64,000 nucleotides of DNA from assembly GCA_963669175.1 (NCBI GenBank), contig OY769902.1, positions 1,888,001 to 1,952,000 of the forward strand, written 5' to 3'. The stretch's first letter is position 1. Each line of letters begins with the position of its first letter. Under the pieces are notes generated by a model that made no database searches, was not told the DNA's origin, and saw only the letters and a program-made list of their open reading frames with translations. Made by a program: the position numbers and the translations under genes. The stretch is from a bacterium (GTDB lineage: Bacteria > Electryoneota > Electryoneia > Electryoneales > Electryoneaceae). This document shows positions 29,460 through 39,925 of the stretch, piece by piece.

Positions 29460-30563
29460 CTATTTCTTTTCTCCTTCGAAGATATCGCGCAGCACATGTA
29501 GCAGGAAGGTGGTTTCTTCACGGCTGCCGATGGTGATACGGACACAGTCCGGGAGACGGAAGGCGGTCATCGGGCGTGCGATGACCCCACGCTTCAGCAT
29601 TTCATCACTGAACCAGGTCGCTTTCTTTGCGCTGCCCATCGGGATCAGGACGAAGTTGGCCACACTGACCGGGATCTCAAACCCAAGGCGGCGCAGTTCT
29701 CCGACGAGGCGACGGTGATTGTCCCGCCAGCACTTGATCGTCTCGGTCAGGAAGTCACGATCCTCAAGAGCGCCCAGCCCGGCCGCCTGGGCCAGGGAAG
29801 TCGGTTCGAAGGGCAGCTTAACTTTCAGGATGTTCGAAATGATGCTGTCATGCGCGACACCGTAACCGATACGCACCCCGGCGAGGCCGTACGCCTTGGA
29901 GAAAGTACGCAGGGTGATAACCTGATCATGACGATAGTCCAGGCTGTCCGGGTACTCGATCCAGTCACGAGCGTACTCGAAATACGCTTCATCCATGACC
30001 ACCAGCGGTCCCTCAGGCAGCTTGTTCAGGAATTGTTCGAACTGAAGGATATTGAATGCCGTCCCGGTCGGATTGTTGGGGTTGGCAATGTAGATCATCT
30101 TCGTTTTCGGGGTGACAGCCTTCAGGATAGCGTCCAGGTCGAAGGTGTAGTTTTTCAAAGGAACCGTTACCGTCTTCAGGTTCTGCGCATTGCAGAGGAC
30201 ATAGAACCCGATGAAAGTACCTTCAGCGGTCACGATTTCATCATTGGGGCGTAAATAAGCCCGCATGACTGCGGATAAAATGGATTCACTGCCTGAGCCG
30301 ACGGCCACGTGATTAACACTGATTCCGTGTGTTTTCGCCAAAGCGTTACGAAGGTCTATTCCTGAGTTGGGATAAATATGCAGGGTGCTGATGGCTTCTT
30401 TGATGCGCTGCATGGCACGTGGTGACGGGCCACGTGGATTTTCATTGCTGGCCAGTTTAATGATTTTTTCAAGGCCTAGTTGACGACGGATCTCTTCAAT
30501 GGATCTTCCCGGCTGGTAAGGCACCAGCTTCTGAATATGTTTCGGTGCAATTGGCACGTTCAT
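29460..30563 (-). CDS. hisC: Histidinol-phosphate aminotransferase
   Basis: KLASNENP, NPNNPTG, DEAY, RTFSKAYGLAGVRIGY. Confidence 0.93.
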   Translation of the reverse strand: MNVPIAPKHIQKLVPYQPGRSIEEIRRQLGLEKIIKLASNENPRGPSPRAMQRIKEAISTLHIYPNSGIDLRNALAKTHGISVNHVAVGSGSESILSAVMRAYLRPNDEIVTAEGTFIGFYVLCNAQNLKTVTVPLKNYTFDLDAILKAVTPKTKMIYIANPNNPTGTAFNILQFEQFLNKLPEGPLVVMDEAYFEYARDWIEYPDSLDYRHDQVITLRTFSKAYGLAGVRIGYGVAHDSIISNILKVKLPFEPTSLAQAAGLGALEDRDFLTETIKCWRDNHRRLVGELRRLGFEIPVSVANFVLIPMGSAKKATWFSDEMLKRGVIARPMTAFRLPDCVRITIGSREETTFLLHVLRDIFEGEKK

Positions 30564-30637
30564 CGTCTACCGTCCTGTCTCTCGCCCCCGGCGAGGTTTA
30601 CCTGCTGCCAGTCTATGGTTACGATCGCGCAACAGAG

Positions 30638-31757
30638 CTACGCTTTATCCGGATGTTTCTCCCGTTTCTTGCCGATCAGAAGTGCGGTGATGAAGGAGTG
30701 AATATCACCGTCCATCACCTGGTCAATGTTTGATGTTTCCACGCCGGTCCGCAGATCCTTCACCATGCGATAAGGATGGAACACATAGCTGCGGATCTGG
30801 TTTCCCCAACCGATCTCGGTCTTGGTGTCCTCGAGCGCCGCTTTCTTCTTTTCTTCCTCTTCCAACTGTTTCTGGTACAGTTTGGATTTTAGGAAGCTCA
30901 TCGCCTTGTCCTTGTTGCGGTGCTGGCTGCGCTCCGCCTGGCAGGTGGCGACGGTATTGGTTGGGATATGAGTGATACGTACCGCGCTGCTGGTCTTGTT
31001 CACATGCTGACCACCGGCGCCGGAGGCGCGGAACGTGTCAATCCGCAGGTCGGCAGGATTGATTTCGATTTCTACGTTGTCGTCCGCACGTGGATAGACA
31101 AAGACACTTGCGAAAGAGGTGTGACGGCGTGAATTGGCGTCGAAGGGGCTGATTCTTACCAGTCGATGAACTCCTGCTTCGGCACGCAGATAACCGAAGG
31201 GATGGTCGCCTTCCACTTCAATGGCGGCATGCTTGATGCCCGCTTCTTCACCGGGTTGAAGGTCGATCACATCAAAATCATAATTCTGCCGTTCCAGATA
31301 ACGGACGTACATACGCATGAGCATTTGCGCCCAGTCCTGGGATTCAGTGCCGCCGGCGCCTGGATTTATGGTAAGGATACAAGCTTTGGAGTCGTTGGGA
31401 CCGGAAAGCATGGTCTGCAGCTCCATCTCTTCCATGCGTTCCTGCAGGTCTGCCAGCGCTTTTTCGACATCACTGGCGGAGCCAGGGTCTTCCTGCATCA
31501 GTTCGAGGTAGACTTCAAATTCGGTGATATCCGTATTCAGCTCATCAAATTTCTCGACAACTTCACGGTGGCGGCTGGCCTGTTTCAACACTTTTTGAGC
31601 GTTTTCCTGGTCATCCCAGAAGTTTTCTGCGGTTGACTGTTGCTCAAGCTCTTCCGCCTTGACTCTGTGAGAGTCAAGGTCAAAGATACCCCCGAAGATT
31701 CGAGATCTTTGTAACCAGGGGTTCCCATTGTTCACGTGCTTCGTTTTCGGTGATCAT
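30638..31757 (-). CDS. prfB: Peptide chain release factor 2, with programmed +1 frameshift at 31685-31679
   Basis: Frame 0 reads MITENEAREQWEPLVTKISNLRGYL, then CGGGGG-TAT-CTT-TGA-C. SPF and GGQ motifs lie in the +1 frame. Confidence 0.95.
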
Positions 31758-32270
31758 GCCACTTCCTTCAAAAAAATATCCTTTTCCCCGGATATATTCG
31801 GGTATTCATTGGCCAGAGATTGAAGCATCCGGGTAGAGGAGGATCGTCTTTTCTCTTCCTGAATCCAAACATGGAAGATAACTTATCTTTATGGCTCTCT
31901 CAACAGGAGTATGGCGAGTGAGAAGTGTTTGTATACCATAGGGTATGGAAGTAGGAAGTGGATACTGAGTATTGTATTTTTAACGAAAAAACCTGTGACA
32001 AGTATAACTGTGATTTTATATGATTTGTTTTTATAAAGGAATAAGTATGCGATATAAGAATTTGCGAGAGCTGAGAGTCGAAGTAAAAAATTTTTCGTTT
32101 GTTAGTGTTTTTCGGCAAATGAGTTCGTACTTTCTTACGGGTGGGTGTGGACTGCCGTATTTCGGACAGTTCTTCAGGGATGTTAAAAGCATAGGATTTT
32201 GGGAAACCGGCTACAGTACTTCTCCTTGCACGGTTTTCGCTGTCGGTCCTGATCACGCAGGGACAGGACG

Positions 32271-33869
32271 ATGCGAACCATATCGATCATTGTAACACTG
32301 GTTTTACTTCTTGGGTGCAACGCTTTCGCTGCACAACAGGAGATCTCCGGAGCCGTAGAAGGTGTCTGGGTCAGTGGTACATCCTACTTCGTAACCGGCA
32401 GCATCACCGTTGAATCCGGCAAGAGTCTGAGTGTTCAGAACGGTGTTGTTGTTGAGTTTGCTCCTGGCACGTGCATGTATGTGAACGGTCACCTTGAGGT
32501 CAAAGGTGAGCCGACCAATCCAGTCATTTTTCGTGCCGCGAACAGCGCTCCTGGTTCCTTTTGGCATGGATTGCGTATTGAGAATGCAACTTCGCGTGAA
32601 GGTTACACTGAGTATTTGAGTATTTCAGGGACTCGCGGTGGTATCAAAATTCTGGACAGTGATTTCGATCTTTCATACACCAGTATTGATGTTGAAGTTT
32701 ATCAGAGAGATGCTGGTGACTGGTATGGTGCGGTGAAGGCTCTTGGCAGCAGCACGAATGTGACTCTGAATAGTGTAACGGCTACTGTGCATTCTGACAA
32801 TCCTTTTGCATATGTCATCCTTGGATCTCAGTCAACCATTGATATAATCAACGGTTGTGATTTTAAGCTACTCGTGAACAATCCCGTGACACGTGGTCTT
32901 GGCCAGACCATCTATTTTGATCAGGTAACCGGGAGTATACGAGAAAGTTATATCCATGCAGAGTCCAATTGCGACATAGCGCCATACAGCTACAGTGAAG
33001 TTGTAGGGCTGCTCCTGCTTCAGTGTCAGAATTTCAGGTTTGATCATAACGGCATTACGGTGATGAGCGGTGTCACAGGAAATTATTCTGCAGCGATTCG
33101 TATTGCGCCTGGTGATACTGAACGTACCTTTTTTACCCTTGATCACTGTAGTATCGACCTGGTTCCCTTGAGAAGTGATATGATGCCGATACGTGGTGTT
33201 GATATTCAATCCACCGCGACTGTGGATATCAGGAACACCATTTTTGCCAACCGTACCGAATATAGCGAAGACCTGGTCTACGCTCTCCATGCATTGCAGC
33301 CCGAAACGATGGATACCTATGTGTCGCTTTCGTACTGCGATCTCTATCATGTCCAGATACCCGAAAATAGCGGACATATCTCTGTTGAAGATTTGACATT
33401 ACGTGTAGAAGATCCGATGTGGGACACGGCGAGCGACATTCTCTTCTCGCTTCGTGATGATTCACCCTGTATTGATGCTGGTGATCCTGATCCGAACGAT
33501 ATTGATCCGGATGGGACGAACGCAGATATCGGGATGCATTTCTTCTACCAGAATGATGCGTACGAAGGTGAAATAACAAAGGGCTTGTTACCGTCAGAAT
33601 TCAGAATCGCATCTGTGTATCCGAACCCCTTTAACAGTTCAGCCTTTGTGGAATTGGATCTTCCAGCGGACGGTCACGTTACTGTTGAGGTGTTTAACGC
33701 ACTGGGACAGCAGGTTGCTGTTCTTGCCGATGGCATTTTACAGGCTGGTAGCCAGCGTCTGGTGTGGGATGGGACAGCGTATTCACAGCCTGCCGCAGCA
33801 GGGGTATATTTTGTGCGGGCTTCCAGTGGGAAAATGACCGCTTCAAACAAGTTGCTTTTATTACGCTAA
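32271..33869 (+). CDS. Secreted beta-helix protein with T9SS CTD
   Basis: Signal peptide; SPCIDAGDP..DPDGTNADIG; YPNPFN...FNALGQQV...AGVYF...KLLLLR. Confidence 0.85.
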   Translation: MRTISIIVTLVLLLGCNAFAAQQEISGAVEGVWVSGTSYFVTGSITVESGKSLSVQNGVVVEFAPGTCMYVNGHLEVKGEPTNPVIFRAANSAPGSFWHGLRIENATSREGYTEYLSISGTRGGIKILDSDFDLSYTSIDVEVYQRDAGDWYGAVKALGSSTNVTLNSVTATVHSDNPFAYVILGSQSTIDIINGCDFKLLVNNPVTRGLGQTIYFDQVTGSIRESYIHAESNCDIAPYSYSEVVGLLLLQCQNFRFDHNGITVMSGVTGNYSAAIRIAPGDTERTFFTLDHCSIDLVPLRSDMMPIRGVDIQSTATVDIRNTIFANRTEYSEDLVYALHALQPETMDTYVSLSYCDLYHVQIPENSGHISVEDLTLRVEDPMWDTASDILFSLRDDSPCIDAGDPDPNDIDPDGTNADIGMHFFYQNDAYEGEITKGLLPSEFRIASVYPNPFNSSAFVELDLPADGHVTVEVFNALGQQVAVLADGILQAGSQRLVWDGTAYSQPAAAGVYFVRASSGKMTASNKLLLLR

Positions 33870-33887
33870 TATTGCACGACCTTTCTC

Positions 33888-33912
33888 AAGCGCTCACAAG
33901 AGCGCTTTTTTT
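33888..33912 (+). terminator. Rho-independent terminator
   Basis: aagcgctc-acaa-gagcgctt + ttttt. Confidence 0.7.
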
Positions 33913-34011
33913 CTAGCCTCTTGAGCACGATCTCTTGCAATACGACTCTACTGTGCATAGTTTGCATGATTGGCTGCAAATATCGCGCAGTTGTTCATGG
34001 TGGGGGGAGAT

Positions 34012-35076
34012 ATGTTTTGGAACTTCTTGAAGGATAGGATGTTGCATCTGGCACAAGTATTGACAGTTGCTATTCTTGTGCCGCTCCTGTTTTCTGTCAA
34101 TGGCTGTGAATGGAATCCGGAACGTGATAATCCGGCTGATCCAGGCTCAGATTTATTTGAGAATACAGGTATTGTTACTGTCAGTACTGTTGATTACCAG
34201 GGTAGTCCGGTCAATAACGCTGTTGTTCGTGTATCTGCTAACAGCAACGGCTGGGTTACCAATGATGATGGTGAAGTTGACATTGTATTGGATGCTGGTC
34301 AGTATATACTGTTCGCAGAGAAAGAAGGCTATACAGCCGATCCTGACACGATATCGATTAGCGCAATGAATTCAATTTCAGAGTCGATTACCTTGCATGC
34401 TGTTCCTGTTATAGATAGTGTCAAGGTCGTTTTCTGCCGAAGTTACAGCGCTTTGAATGTGGTGTATGTTGATGTTAATCAGATTCTGGTTTCTGTTTGG
34501 GTACAGGATGAAGATGAAACTGAAGGTCAGTTGGATGCAAAATTTCTGGATCCAATCAGCAACCAGCAATATGTCATGAGTTATGTGAATGAGAACTTAT
34601 ACCAGGGACTCATTGATTTTGGGCAGAACGGCTATAGTGATATTGCGGCTCGAGTAAATCGCCCATTTGTCGTGACTGTTGCTGATGCAGATGATCATGA
34701 AGCCACCAAATCCGAGGTTATGTACCAGGTATTCCAGTATAATGGACTTTATGCCGCTTTCGTTTTAGGGGGGGGGCCAATTGGTGTGAAGGCAGATTCA
34801 GTCGAATTGCTGTGGGACGCAATGACCGGCTTTACGTTTTGGCCAACATTCTGTTATGTAGAGATTTTCGATGAGGATTCTCAAAACTACAATGAAGACA
34901 GTGACTTATTCCTTGATACTCTTTTTTACAACAACGATGCCACCAATGTGTATTTTGAAGGATTGGACTTGAGTGAGTATTCCAACGAAGTATTTTCATG
35001 GCGGTTATCGCTGATGGATGCATATGGGAATATTTACCGTTCAGCCGCACGGGATGTGGCCATTGTTGCGAATTGA
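34012..35076 (+). CDS. Putative lipoprotein with carboxypeptidase-regulatory-like Ig domain
   Basis: Lipobox VNG-C followed by ERDNPADP; V..A.V...TNDDG...GQY...AEKEGY. Confidence 0.7.
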   Translation: MFWNFLKDRMLHLAQVLTVAILVPLLFSVNGCEWNPERDNPADPGSDLFENTGIVTVSTVDYQGSPVNNAVVRVSANSNGWVTNDDGEVDIVLDAGQYILFAEKEGYTADPDTISISAMNSISESITLHAVPVIDSVKVVFCRSYSALNVVYVDVNQILVSVWVQDEDETEGQLDAKFLDPISNQQYVMSYVNENLYQGLIDFGQNGYSDIAARVNRPFVVTVADADDHEATKSEVMYQVFQYNGLYAAFVLGGGPIGVKADSVELLWDAMTGFTFWPTFCYVEIFDEDSQNYNEDSDLFLDTLFYNNDATNVYFEGLDLSEYSNEVFSWRLSLMDAYGNIYRSAARDVAIVAN

Positions 35077-35105
35077 TTTAAACATGGAGTCGTACATAGA
35101 AGCTT

Positions 35106-36629
35106 ATGCCTGCCAATGTTAGTGATAATACGCAGACCGTGATTCCGCCGGTTGATGATTTGAGCCCGGAAAGCCTCCAGGCATTGCTGGAAGTTACCCA
35201 GGTGTTAACCTCTATTCTTGAGGGCGAGGCGGTTCTCAAGAAGTTGCTGGATATTGCCGTTGAAACGGTTAATGCTGAAACCGGTTTTATTGTATTAGCA
35301 GATGGCGATGTCGAAAAAGAAGGTTTTCCGATCCGGGTAAGCTACAACCTTCCGGAAGATGCGCTGGATGATCCGGCGCGTCCCTCAAATAGGATTGTCC
35401 GGCGTGCCCTGGCGGAAAAAGAAGCAGTCCTGGTTCATGATGCTCGCACGGACCCACGTTTTGCCGGCAGCGAGAGTGTGATCATGCACCAGATTACCTC
35501 GGCCATCGCTGCTCCCCTTGTTATAAAAAATACTTCGGTTGGTGCGGTATATGTGGACAGCCGGGGCGACCGGGTCAAGTTTACCGAAGAGAACAAGCAG
35601 TTTTTCAATGCCCTGGCGATTTTTGCGGCAATGGCCTATCAGAATGCGACACGTTTTGACCAGTTGCAAGATGAAAAGGCCGCACTGCAGACCGAGGTCG
35701 AGAAACTGTATGGATTTTCTGAAATTGTGGGTGTTCATCCTTCTATGCAGGAAGTGTTCACCCTGATGCAGAAAATCATCAAGTCGGATATCAGTGTATT
35801 GCTGCAGGGAGAAAGCGGCACAGGTAAGGAACTGGTCGCACGTGCGCTGCATTACAACGGCCCGCGTCGCAACAAACCCTTTGTCGCGCAGTTCTGTGGC
35901 AACTTGTCGGAAAACCTGCTGGAAAGCGAACTTTTCGGGCATAAGAAGGGCGCCTTCACCGGGGCAATCCACGACAAGATGGGGCTTTTTGAAGTCGCCA
36001 ATGGCGGCACCTTCTTCTTGGATGAAATAGCCGATATCAGCCCGCAAATCCAGGCAAAACTGTTGCGTGTATTGCAGGACGGTGTTATTCGCAGGGTTGG
36101 AGGAACCAAGTATCATCAGGTGGATGTCAGAATTATCTCCGCCACCAATAAAAGCCTGGAAAAAGAGGTTGAAGAAGGCCGGTTCCGTGATGATCTGTTT
36201 TACCGCCTCAATGTGATTGCTGTGCGCATGCCATCGATTCGAGAACGACGCAGCGACATTCCTCTGCTGATTGATCATTTTCTTCAGAAAGCGGCTACCA
36301 AACACAAGCGTGCGGTGAAGAAGCTTAGCCGAGATGCTTTGAATCACACGATGGACTATGGCTGGCCCGGCAATGTTCGTGAGCTCGAAAATGCAATAGA
36401 ACGTGCTGTTGTGCTATCCGGAGACAACCGGACAATTGAAACCGATGATCTTATCATTCCCAAGCAGGAGACTTCAGGACGCATGACACTGAAAGACTAT
36501 GAGAAAGAGATTGTCCTGAAGACGTTAGACGAGATGGAAGGAAACAAAACCCGCACCTCTGAAGCGCTTGGTGTCAGCCTTCGGTGGTTGCATTACCGGT
36601 TAAACGAGTGGAAGACAGAGGAAAAATAG
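35106..36629 (+). CDS. Sigma-54-dependent activator, GAF-AAA+-Fis HTH
   Basis: GAF domain; GESGTGKELVA, ESELFGH, GAFTGA, FLDEI, WPGNVREL. Confidence 0.92.
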   Translation: MPANVSDNTQTVIPPVDDLSPESLQALLEVTQVLTSILEGEAVLKKLLDIAVETVNAETGFIVLADGDVEKEGFPIRVSYNLPEDALDDPARPSNRIVRRALAEKEAVLVHDARTDPRFAGSESVIMHQITSAIAAPLVIKNTSVGAVYVDSRGDRVKFTEENKQFFNALAIFAAMAYQNATRFDQLQDEKAALQTEVEKLYGFSEIVGVHPSMQEVFTLMQKIIKSDISVLLQGESGTGKELVARALHYNGPRRNKPFVAQFCGNLSENLLESELFGHKKGAFTGAIHDKMGLFEVANGGTFFLDEIADISPQIQAKLLRVLQDGVIRRVGGTKYHQVDVRIISATNKSLEKEVEEGRFRDDLFYRLNVIAVRMPSIRERRSDIPLLIDHFLQKAATKHKRAVKKLSRDALNHTMDYGWPGNVRELENAIERAVVLSGDNRTIETDDLIIPKQETSGRMTLKDYEKEIVLKTLDEMEGNKTRTSEALGVSLRWLHYRLNEWKTEEK

Positions 36630-38329
36630 GCGATTTCGAAATCGTCCGAGAGCTGTCGCGTTCCTCCGTTACATCAGTTTTTGAGGGATACCAGGCTTCA
36701 CTGGATCGTACAGTTCTCATCAAACGCCTGCACCCACAACTTGCTGATGATGACGACCTGCGCGCCCGTTTTGAACGGGAGGCGAAGGCACTCGCTCGCA
36801 TTAAACACAAGAATATTGTCCATATATACGATTATCAAGCCTCCCCTGAGTCCGTTCACCTGGTCACAGAATTTGTATCTGGTGGATCACTCGCAGATCG
36901 TCTGAAGCAACTGGGAACACTGACTGAACGTGAAGCGGTCGCTGTTGCGGTTGATGTGCTGGAAGGTCTGAAAGTGGCGCACCGCGAAGGGATCGTCCAC
37001 CGTGATATCAAGCCTGGAAACCTGATGGTGGGGCATACCGGGCAGATAAAAATCACCGATTTCGGACTTGCCCAGTTCGAAGGATCGCCTTCGTTGACCA
37101 TGCAGGGAATGGTCATCGGTACGCCCGCCTATATCGCGCCGGAAGTGATCTCCGGCAGTCCAGCCGGGCCGCGTAGTGACCTGTTTTCGTTAGGGGTGAC
37201 CCTGTATGAGCTGATGACCGGGGTTAATCCCTACCTCGCAGACAACATGTCTGAGACCCTGAACAGGATTATCAGCCTGAAGCCGCAGCCTCTGGACGGC
37301 ATCAATCCGGAAATGCAACGCCTGTTGTTCAAGTTGCTGGAGAAGAAGCCGGACCGACGTTTTACCAGTGCAGAAGAAGCTTTGAAAGAGATCGCGCCGT
37401 TGGCTGAGAAATACCAGGTTGAGCGCGGTTGGGTTGATGTGGAACCGGAAGGTTCCAAGGTCAGGACAACGGGGGCTAAAGACTCTGAATCGCTTATTCA
37501 ACCCAGACCCCGTCGGCAATTGTCCCGGACATGGGTCATTCTGTCCGCTATTGTCATGGTTACTGCCAGCATTCTGGTATATCTCCTGATCCAGCATGCT
37601 ACCACGCCAGACGAGATTATCATTAATGAGACTCCTGTTGACAGTATGCTTACTGAAGTAACAACTCCGGATACTTCACAGGCGGTTCAACCTGATAGCC
37701 AGGAAAGCAGACCTCAGCAAGATGATACTGCACCGGCAACTCGTCCGGTTGAGCGTCCCATTGAAGAGCCGGTACAGAATCCCGCTAGGCAACCAGATAA
37801 AACTGCTGCTCAGGGTAGTGAAACGGATTCGAGACGGGAAACCGGCAATGATGCGGTAGTTGATGCGCCGGAAGTAGCGATTCCACCGGTTACAGGCACT
37901 GCTTATTTGTCGCTGCATGTTACGCCCTGGGCCAATGTTTATGATGCTGACGGAAACTTCATTGTGCAGACGCCTACGGATAATATCATTCCGGTAGATG
38001 CCGGCGAAGTGCTGCTGACATTTTCCAATCCTGATCTGCCGCCGTTGACCAGAACATTTACAGTTGAACCGGATGACACTCTGCGACAGACGATTGATCT
38101 GATGAAAATGGTGGGCGAAATATCTTTCATTAATGCGACTCCCTGGGCGAGAGTATTCCTTGACGGTGAACCGCTTGAGACCACGCCGATATATAAACGT
38201 CTTCTTTTACCGTTTGGAAAACACATACTCCGTTTTGAACATCCTGACTTCCCGGTGCATGAAGAAGAAGTCGTGCTGCAACCGGGTGATACACCACGTT
38301 CGATTGTCGTTGACCTGACCAGCCAATAG
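36608..38329 (+). CDS. Membrane Ser/Thr protein kinase with C-terminal PEGA-like domains
   Basis: HRDIKPGN, DFGLA, GTPAYIAPE, DLFSLG, one TM helix, PWA.V repeats. Likely GTG start at 36608, overlapping the upstream gene. Confidence 0.9.
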   Translation: MEDRGKIGDFEIVRELSRSSVTSVFEGYQASLDRTVLIKRLHPQLADDDDLRARFEREAKALARIKHKNIVHIYDYQASPESVHLVTEFVSGGSLADRLKQLGTLTEREAVAVAVDVLEGLKVAHREGIVHRDIKPGNLMVGHTGQIKITDFGLAQFEGSPSLTMQGMVIGTPAYIAPEVISGSPAGPRSDLFSLGVTLYELMTGVNPYLADNMSETLNRIISLKPQPLDGINPEMQRLLFKLLEKKPDRRFTSAEEALKEIAPLAEKYQVERGWVDVEPEGSKVRTTGAKDSESLIQPRPRRQLSRTWVILSAIVMVTASILVYLLIQHATTPDEIIINETPVDSMLTEVTTPDTSQAVQPDSQESRPQQDDTAPATRPVERPIEEPVQNPARQPDKTAAQGSETDSRRETGNDAVVDAPEVAIPPVTGTAYLSLHVTPWANVYDADGNFIVQTPTDNIIPVDAGEVLLTFSNPDLPPLTRTFTVEPDDTLRQTIDLMKMVGEISFINATPWARVFLDGEPLETTPIYKRLLLPFGKHILRFEHPDFPVHEEEVVLQPGDTPRSIVVDLTSQ

Positions 38330-38491
38330 GACCATTTTTCTTTGCTCCCTGTGTGGGATGCTACTTTTCTCTTGCCTTCTCCTTCCTCAAACATGCACAT
38401 TCACTATTCAGTGGCTTTGATGCTATGCGGGACTTGCCACTGCCGGTTTGTCACCGTTTCTCGCAGATAACAGACTCTTGCAGGAGGTTTC

Positions 38492-39895
38492 GTGGGGTTG
38501 TTCGGTGGGACCAAAGATCCCTATCGCAAGCTTAAAAAAGCGATAGGAGACCACAAGGTTCTGGATCGGTTGGAGGACCGCATGGTGTACGCGGTTGATG
38601 CCAGCTATACCGCTCCTCCGGGCAATCATGATCCGGACCTGGTGGTCCTTGCAGAAAACGCAACTGATATCGTTGAAACTGTCCTGTTCGCACGTGAAAA
38701 CGAGATGAAAATCATTCCCCGGGGAACCGGTACCGGTATGAGCGCCGGAGCAGTCCCGCTGGGTGGGGGAATTGTCATCTCAACTGAACGGATGAAACGG
38801 ATTATCAACCTGAATACCAATGAACGCTGGATTCAGGTTGAGCCGGGATTGACCACGGCGGAAGTGAAGGAAGCTGCCGCGAAAGAACGTCTGGCTTATC
38901 CGCCGGATCCATCCAGCTACAAGATCAGCTCCATCGGTGGTAACCTGGCCGAGAATGCCGGCGGATTGCGTTGCGTCAAATACGGGACAACCAAGGATTA
39001 TGTCCTGGGCGTTACCTATGTCAATGATCAGGGCGAGATTTGCCATACCGGGGAACTGCTGGATAAACCGTCCGCCTATGATCTAACGCCGATGCTGGTC
39101 GGTTCTGAAGGGCTGTTCGGGATCATTGTTGAGGCGCGGCTGCGTCTGATCCCTGCACCGAAGGCCACCTATACCGTACTGGCGCATTTCAGCGACCAGT
39201 ATCGTGCGCTGGAAGCGATTGCTTCTTTTCTGCCTGAGCTGGTGCCGTCCGTTTGTGAATTCATGGACAGCGCGGTGATCGAAGCGATTCGTCAGCATGA
39301 TCCCTATCCCTTCCCGGAGGGCACGGACGCTGCGTTGCTGGTAGAGACTGATGGCGAACTGGATACCGCCAAGCGTGAAGCGCAACGGGTCATGGAGGTG
39401 TTGCGCGATTACGGAGCGCTGGAAGTCCACACGGCGAAGAACCCGGCAGAGCGTGAACGGTTGTGGAACCTGCGACGCCTGATCTCGCCCAGCCTGAGCC
39501 GTATCGCTGATGGAAAGCACAACGAAGATGTTGTGGTTCCGTTGGGCAATATGGCAGGCTTGCTGGAACGATGCAGCGAGATCGCCGAAGAATACGGTGT
39601 GGTGATCCCTGTGTACGGGCATGCCGGCGATGGCAACCTGCATTTGAACGTGATGTATGAGAAATCGGACCAGGGCGCGGCAAAACGTGCCCATGACGCG
39701 CTTGAAGAGTGTTTCCATACGGTTGTGGCGCTGGGAGGCACAATCAGCGGTGAGCACGGGATTGGCGCATCAAAAAACCGGTACATGAAACAGCAGTTCA
39801 GTGATGACGAGCTGGAAGTTTTCCGAGCGCTGAAACAGGCTTTTGATCCTGAGTCGATTTTTAACCCTTTCAAAGTACTCCCACCATCACGTTAA
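38492..39895 (+). CDS. FAD-linked oxidase, GlcD / D-2-hydroxyacid dehydrogenase family
   Basis: PRGTGTG, YPPDPSS, IGGNLAENAGG, GSEG, GHAGDGNLH, SGEHGIG. Confidence 0.88.
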   Translation: MGLFGGTKDPYRKLKKAIGDHKVLDRLEDRMVYAVDASYTAPPGNHDPDLVVLAENATDIVETVLFARENEMKIIPRGTGTGMSAGAVPLGGGIVISTERMKRIINLNTNERWIQVEPGLTTAEVKEAAAKERLAYPPDPSSYKISSIGGNLAENAGGLRCVKYGTTKDYVLGVTYVNDQGEICHTGELLDKPSAYDLTPMLVGSEGLFGIIVEARLRLIPAPKATYTVLAHFSDQYRALEAIASFLPELVPSVCEFMDSAVIEAIRQHDPYPFPEGTDAALLVETDGELDTAKREAQRVMEVLRDYGALEVHTAKNPAERERLWNLRRLISPSLSRIADGKHNEDVVVPLGNMAGLLERCSEIAEEYGVVIPVYGHAGDGNLHLNVMYEKSDQGAAKRAHDALEECFHTVVALGGTISGEHGIGASKNRYMKQQFSDDELEVFRALKQAFDPESIFNPFKVLPPSR

Positions 39896-39925
39896 AACGT
39901 GACTTGGTACAACCTTGGGTGAGTC

